Source: an uncultured Verrucomicrobiae bacterium (lineage in GTDB: Bacteria; Verrucomicrobiota; Verrucomicrobiia; Limisphaerales; Palsa-1400). From it: a stretch of DNA of 64,000 bases. The notes beneath the pieces are model-generated. The model had not been told where the DNA came from, searched no databases, and was given only the letters and a program-made list of their open reading frames with translations. The stretch lies in the NCBI GenBank assembly GCA_963707025.1, contig CAVPOM010000012.1, positions 64,001-128,000 of the forward strand, read 5' to 3'. A program made the translations under genes and the position numbers. Every line of letters begins with the position of its first letter. Position 1 is the first letter of the stretch. Positions 61,672-64,000 of the stretch are shown in pieces.

Positions 61672-63513
61672 ATGAGGAACTTCACGCGTATGAAAACAAC
61701 CACCGCCACAGGCAGTAACTCGATGTCCACGCGCCGCCGCCGCCGCCTCGCCCCGGTGCCGTTGACGTTTCTGGCTGCGCTGGCTTTGGCCCTCATTGTG
61801 CCCGCCCGCGCGCAGACCTTCAGCGATGCCGACTGGGGCAGCTTGGGCTCGGGGGTGAACGGCGTGGTCGAGGCATTGACGATGAGCGGGACCAATCTCT
61901 ACGTTGGAGGAGAGTTCACCACGGCGGGCGGCGTGGCGGTGAACGAGATCGCCAAATGGAACGGTAGCGCTTGGTCGGCCTTGGGCTCGGGCCTGGCTCC
62001 GGGGGGCACTGGTACTGTAGTCCGTGCGCTGGCGGTGATCGGGACCAATCTCTACGCCGGGGGAGCGTTCAGCGGGTCAGTAGGCAGCGTCGCCAAATGG
62101 AACGGCAGCTCTTGGTCGGCCTTGGGCTCGGGGATGAACGGCTGTCTCTACGCGCTGGCGGTGATCGGGACCGATCTCTACGCCGGAGGGACTTTCACCT
62201 CGGCTGGCGGGGTACCGGCCAACTACATCGCCAAATGGGACGGCAGCGCCTGGTCGGCCTTGGGCTCGGGGACGGGTGGCAACGATCCTTATGTCAATGC
62301 GTTGGCGGTGATCGGGACCGATCTCTACGCCGGGGGAAGCTTCAGCACGGCTGGCGGTGTTACGGTCAACGGGATTGCCAAATGGGACGGCAACGCGTGG
62401 ACGGCCTTGGGCTCGGGAATGGGTGCTTACTCCGCTTATCCTAGTGTCTATGCACTGGCCGTGAGCGGGACCAATCTCTACGCTGGGGGAGACTTCACAA
62501 ATGCGGGTGGGGTACCGGCCAACTACATCGCCAAATGGCACGGCACAGCTTGGTCGGCCTTGGGATTGGGGGTCTGCCCCTTTAGCCTGGCGGTGAGCGG
62601 AACCGATCTCTATGCCGGGGGAGCGTTCACCACGGCGGGTGGAGTTTCGGCCAACTACATCGCCAAATGGGACGGCAGCGCGTGGTCGGCCTTGGGATCG
62701 GGAGTGACTGGAGGTGCCTGGGTTCTTGCGCTGGCTGCTGACGGGGCGGGGCATCTGTTCGTCGGGGGAGGCTTCACCAATGCGGGCGGGGTGCCGGCCA
62801 ACAACATTGCCCAGGCATATATACCCTTCGCCCCAACCATCTTAACGAGCCCGCAACCTCAAACGGCGGAGGCAGGGGCCGCGGCGTACCTGGCACTGGA
62901 GGCCACAGGCAGACCGCTACCGGCCTATCAATGGTACTTTAACGACACCAATACGCTCAGTTGCACAAACTACCACCTGGTCTTGACCAATATCCCGTAT
63001 GCGCGTTCCGGCACTTACACCGTGGTCGTCACCAATGTTGCCGGGGCCGTGACCAGCGCGCCGGTCACGCTCAACGTCATCGCACCGGTGACTCGAAGGT
63101 CGGTGCCGGGCGTCAACTTGACGGCGCAGGCGGGAAACTTTCTCGGCCTTGATTACAGGGACAATCTCGGACCCGCAACGAACTGGCAAACAATGGCCAC
63201 GATGACCCTTTCCAATGCTTCGCAATTCTACTTCGATGTTTCTCAACCACTCCCGCCGCAACGGTTCTATCGCGCGTGGCAAATGGGAACGCCTGCCGTT
63301 GTTCCGTCGCTCGACATGAAGCTGGTCCCGGCGCTCACGGTGACGGGCAACGTGGGCGACTCTTTGCGCCTGGATTACATCAACCAGTTTGGCCCGACAG
63401 ACGCCTGGGTCACGCTGGCCACGGTGAAGTTGACCAACACGTCGCAGCTTTACTTTGACACGTCCAGCATAGGCCAGCCGCCGCGGCTCTGGCGGATTGT
63501 GCCGGTGCCTTGA
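61672..63513 (+). CDS. secreted beta-propeller repeat protein with Ig domain and two C-terminal repeats (start uncertain)
   Basis: repeats ALAVIGTDLYAGG.FT.AGGV.ANYIAKWDGSAWSALGSG; Ig domain YQWYFN..SGTYTVVVTN. Confidence 0.8.
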   Translation: MRNFTRMKTTTATGSNSMSTRRRRRLAPVPLTFLAALALALIVPARAQTFSDADWGSLGSGVNGVVEALTMSGTNLYVGGEFTTAGGVAVNEIAKWNGSAWSALGSGLAPGGTGTVVRALAVIGTNLYAGGAFSGSVGSVAKWNGSSWSALGSGMNGCLYALAVIGTDLYAGGTFTSAGGVPANYIAKWDGSAWSALGSGTGGNDPYVNALAVIGTDLYAGGSFSTAGGVTVNGIAKWDGNAWTALGSGMGAYSAYPSVYALAVSGTNLYAGGDFTNAGGVPANYIAKWHGTAWSALGLGVCPFSLAVSGTDLYAGGAFTTAGGVSANYIAKWDGSAWSALGSGVTGGAWVLALAADGAGHLFVGGGFTNAGGVPANNIAQAYIPFAPTILTSPQPQTAEAGAAAYLALEATGRPLPAYQWYFNDTNTLSCTNYHLVLTNIPYARSGTYTVVVTNVAGAVTSAPVTLNVIAPVTRRSVPGVNLTAQAGNFLGLDYRDNLGPATNWQTMATMTLSNASQFYFDVSQPLPPQRFYRAWQMGTPAVVPSLDMKLVPALTVTGNVGDSLRLDYINQFGPTDAWVTLATVKLTNTSQLYFDTSSIGQPPRLWRIVPVP

Positions 63514-63542
63514 ACCCGCAACCATCCACTCTCAACCACTTT

Positions 63543-64000
63543 ATGAACCCAAAATCTGAATTCAAAAACGGATGGTGGATACGATTCAAAGGACCCCTGG
63601 CCGCGCGGGCCGGTGTGCTGTTGCTGTGCCTGGCCGCCGCCGACAGCCTGGCGCAAACTCAAACGGTGACGAGCTGCACAGAGGCGGCCCTTCGCTCGGC
63701 CATGGCGGGAGGAGGAACGGTCACCTTTGCCTGCGACGGCACGATCACGCTGGCCAATACGATTACGAATGCTTTGGACACCGTGCTCGACGGCGAGGGG
63801 CATCAAATAATCATCAGCGGCAACAGCGCCTGTCGGGTTTTTTTCGTGAACAGCAACGTCAATTTCACCGTGTTGAACCTGACGATTGCCAATGGTCAAA
63901 GCGATAATGGAGCAGGCATCTACAATGCCGGCGGCTGCTTCACCGTGCGGAACTGCGTATTTACCGGCAACACTGCTGTGGGTCAGGCTGGAGTGTCCGG
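63543..64000 (+). CDS. secreted parallel beta-helix (pectin-lyase/Pmp-like) protein, runs off the window
   Basis: manual translation MNPKSEF...AQTQTVTSCTEAALRSAMAGGGTVTFACDGTITL...RVFFV...LTIANG..GAGIYN. Confidence 0.75.
   Translation, partial: MNPKSEFKNGWWIRFKGPLAARAGVLLLCLAAADSLAQTQTVTSCTEAALRSAMAGGGTVTFACDGTITLANTITNALDTVLDGEGHQIIISGNSACRVFFVNSNVNFTVLNLTIANGQSDNGAGIYNAGGCFTVRNCVFTGNTAVGQAGVS

Overview
GC-rich bacterial DNA, most likely Verrucomicrobiota of Pedosphaera/Limisphaera type. This taxonomy is inferred from Gloeo_Verruco repeats, DUF1080, a UBact-proteasome operon and large Thr/Asn-rich secreted proteins. About a dozen small indels, mostly in short homopolymer runs, break conserved genes, which points to an error-prone long-read or metagenome assembly. 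Contents in order: selA-selB-selD, where SelD carries an N-terminal ferredoxin:thioredoxin-reductase-like Cys motif and an in-frame C-terminal AhpD/CMD domain; oxidoreductases and secreted repeat proteins; a SpoIIE phosphatase; a tandemly duplicated PAS hybrid-kinase cluster; an atypical EF-P paralogue; an ECF sigma relic with an intact anti-sigma; a GT2. Then a lower-GC island (~30.2-38.05 kb) holding nested IS4/IS66 fragments, an orphan Rhs toxin-immunity pair and a REP-flanked HUH (RAYT-like) transposase with rearranged copies. After it come larC-larB, GH2, degP with a two-component system, an S41 protease, UBact-prcB-prcA-pafA, a PadR operon with permease-prefix-domain proteins, rbfA-nrnA-truB-ribF and further secreted proteins. 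Best candidates for undescribed biology: (1) RAYT/REP-mediated capture of toxin/immunity cassettes, possibly via a circular intermediate; (2) an Rhs toxin tip that looks like a circularly permuted alpha/beta-hydrolase; (3) the tri-domain redox-SelD; (4) a shared C-terminal domain on unrelated secreted proteins, possibly a sorting signal. All calls come from reading the sequence; no database searches were run.
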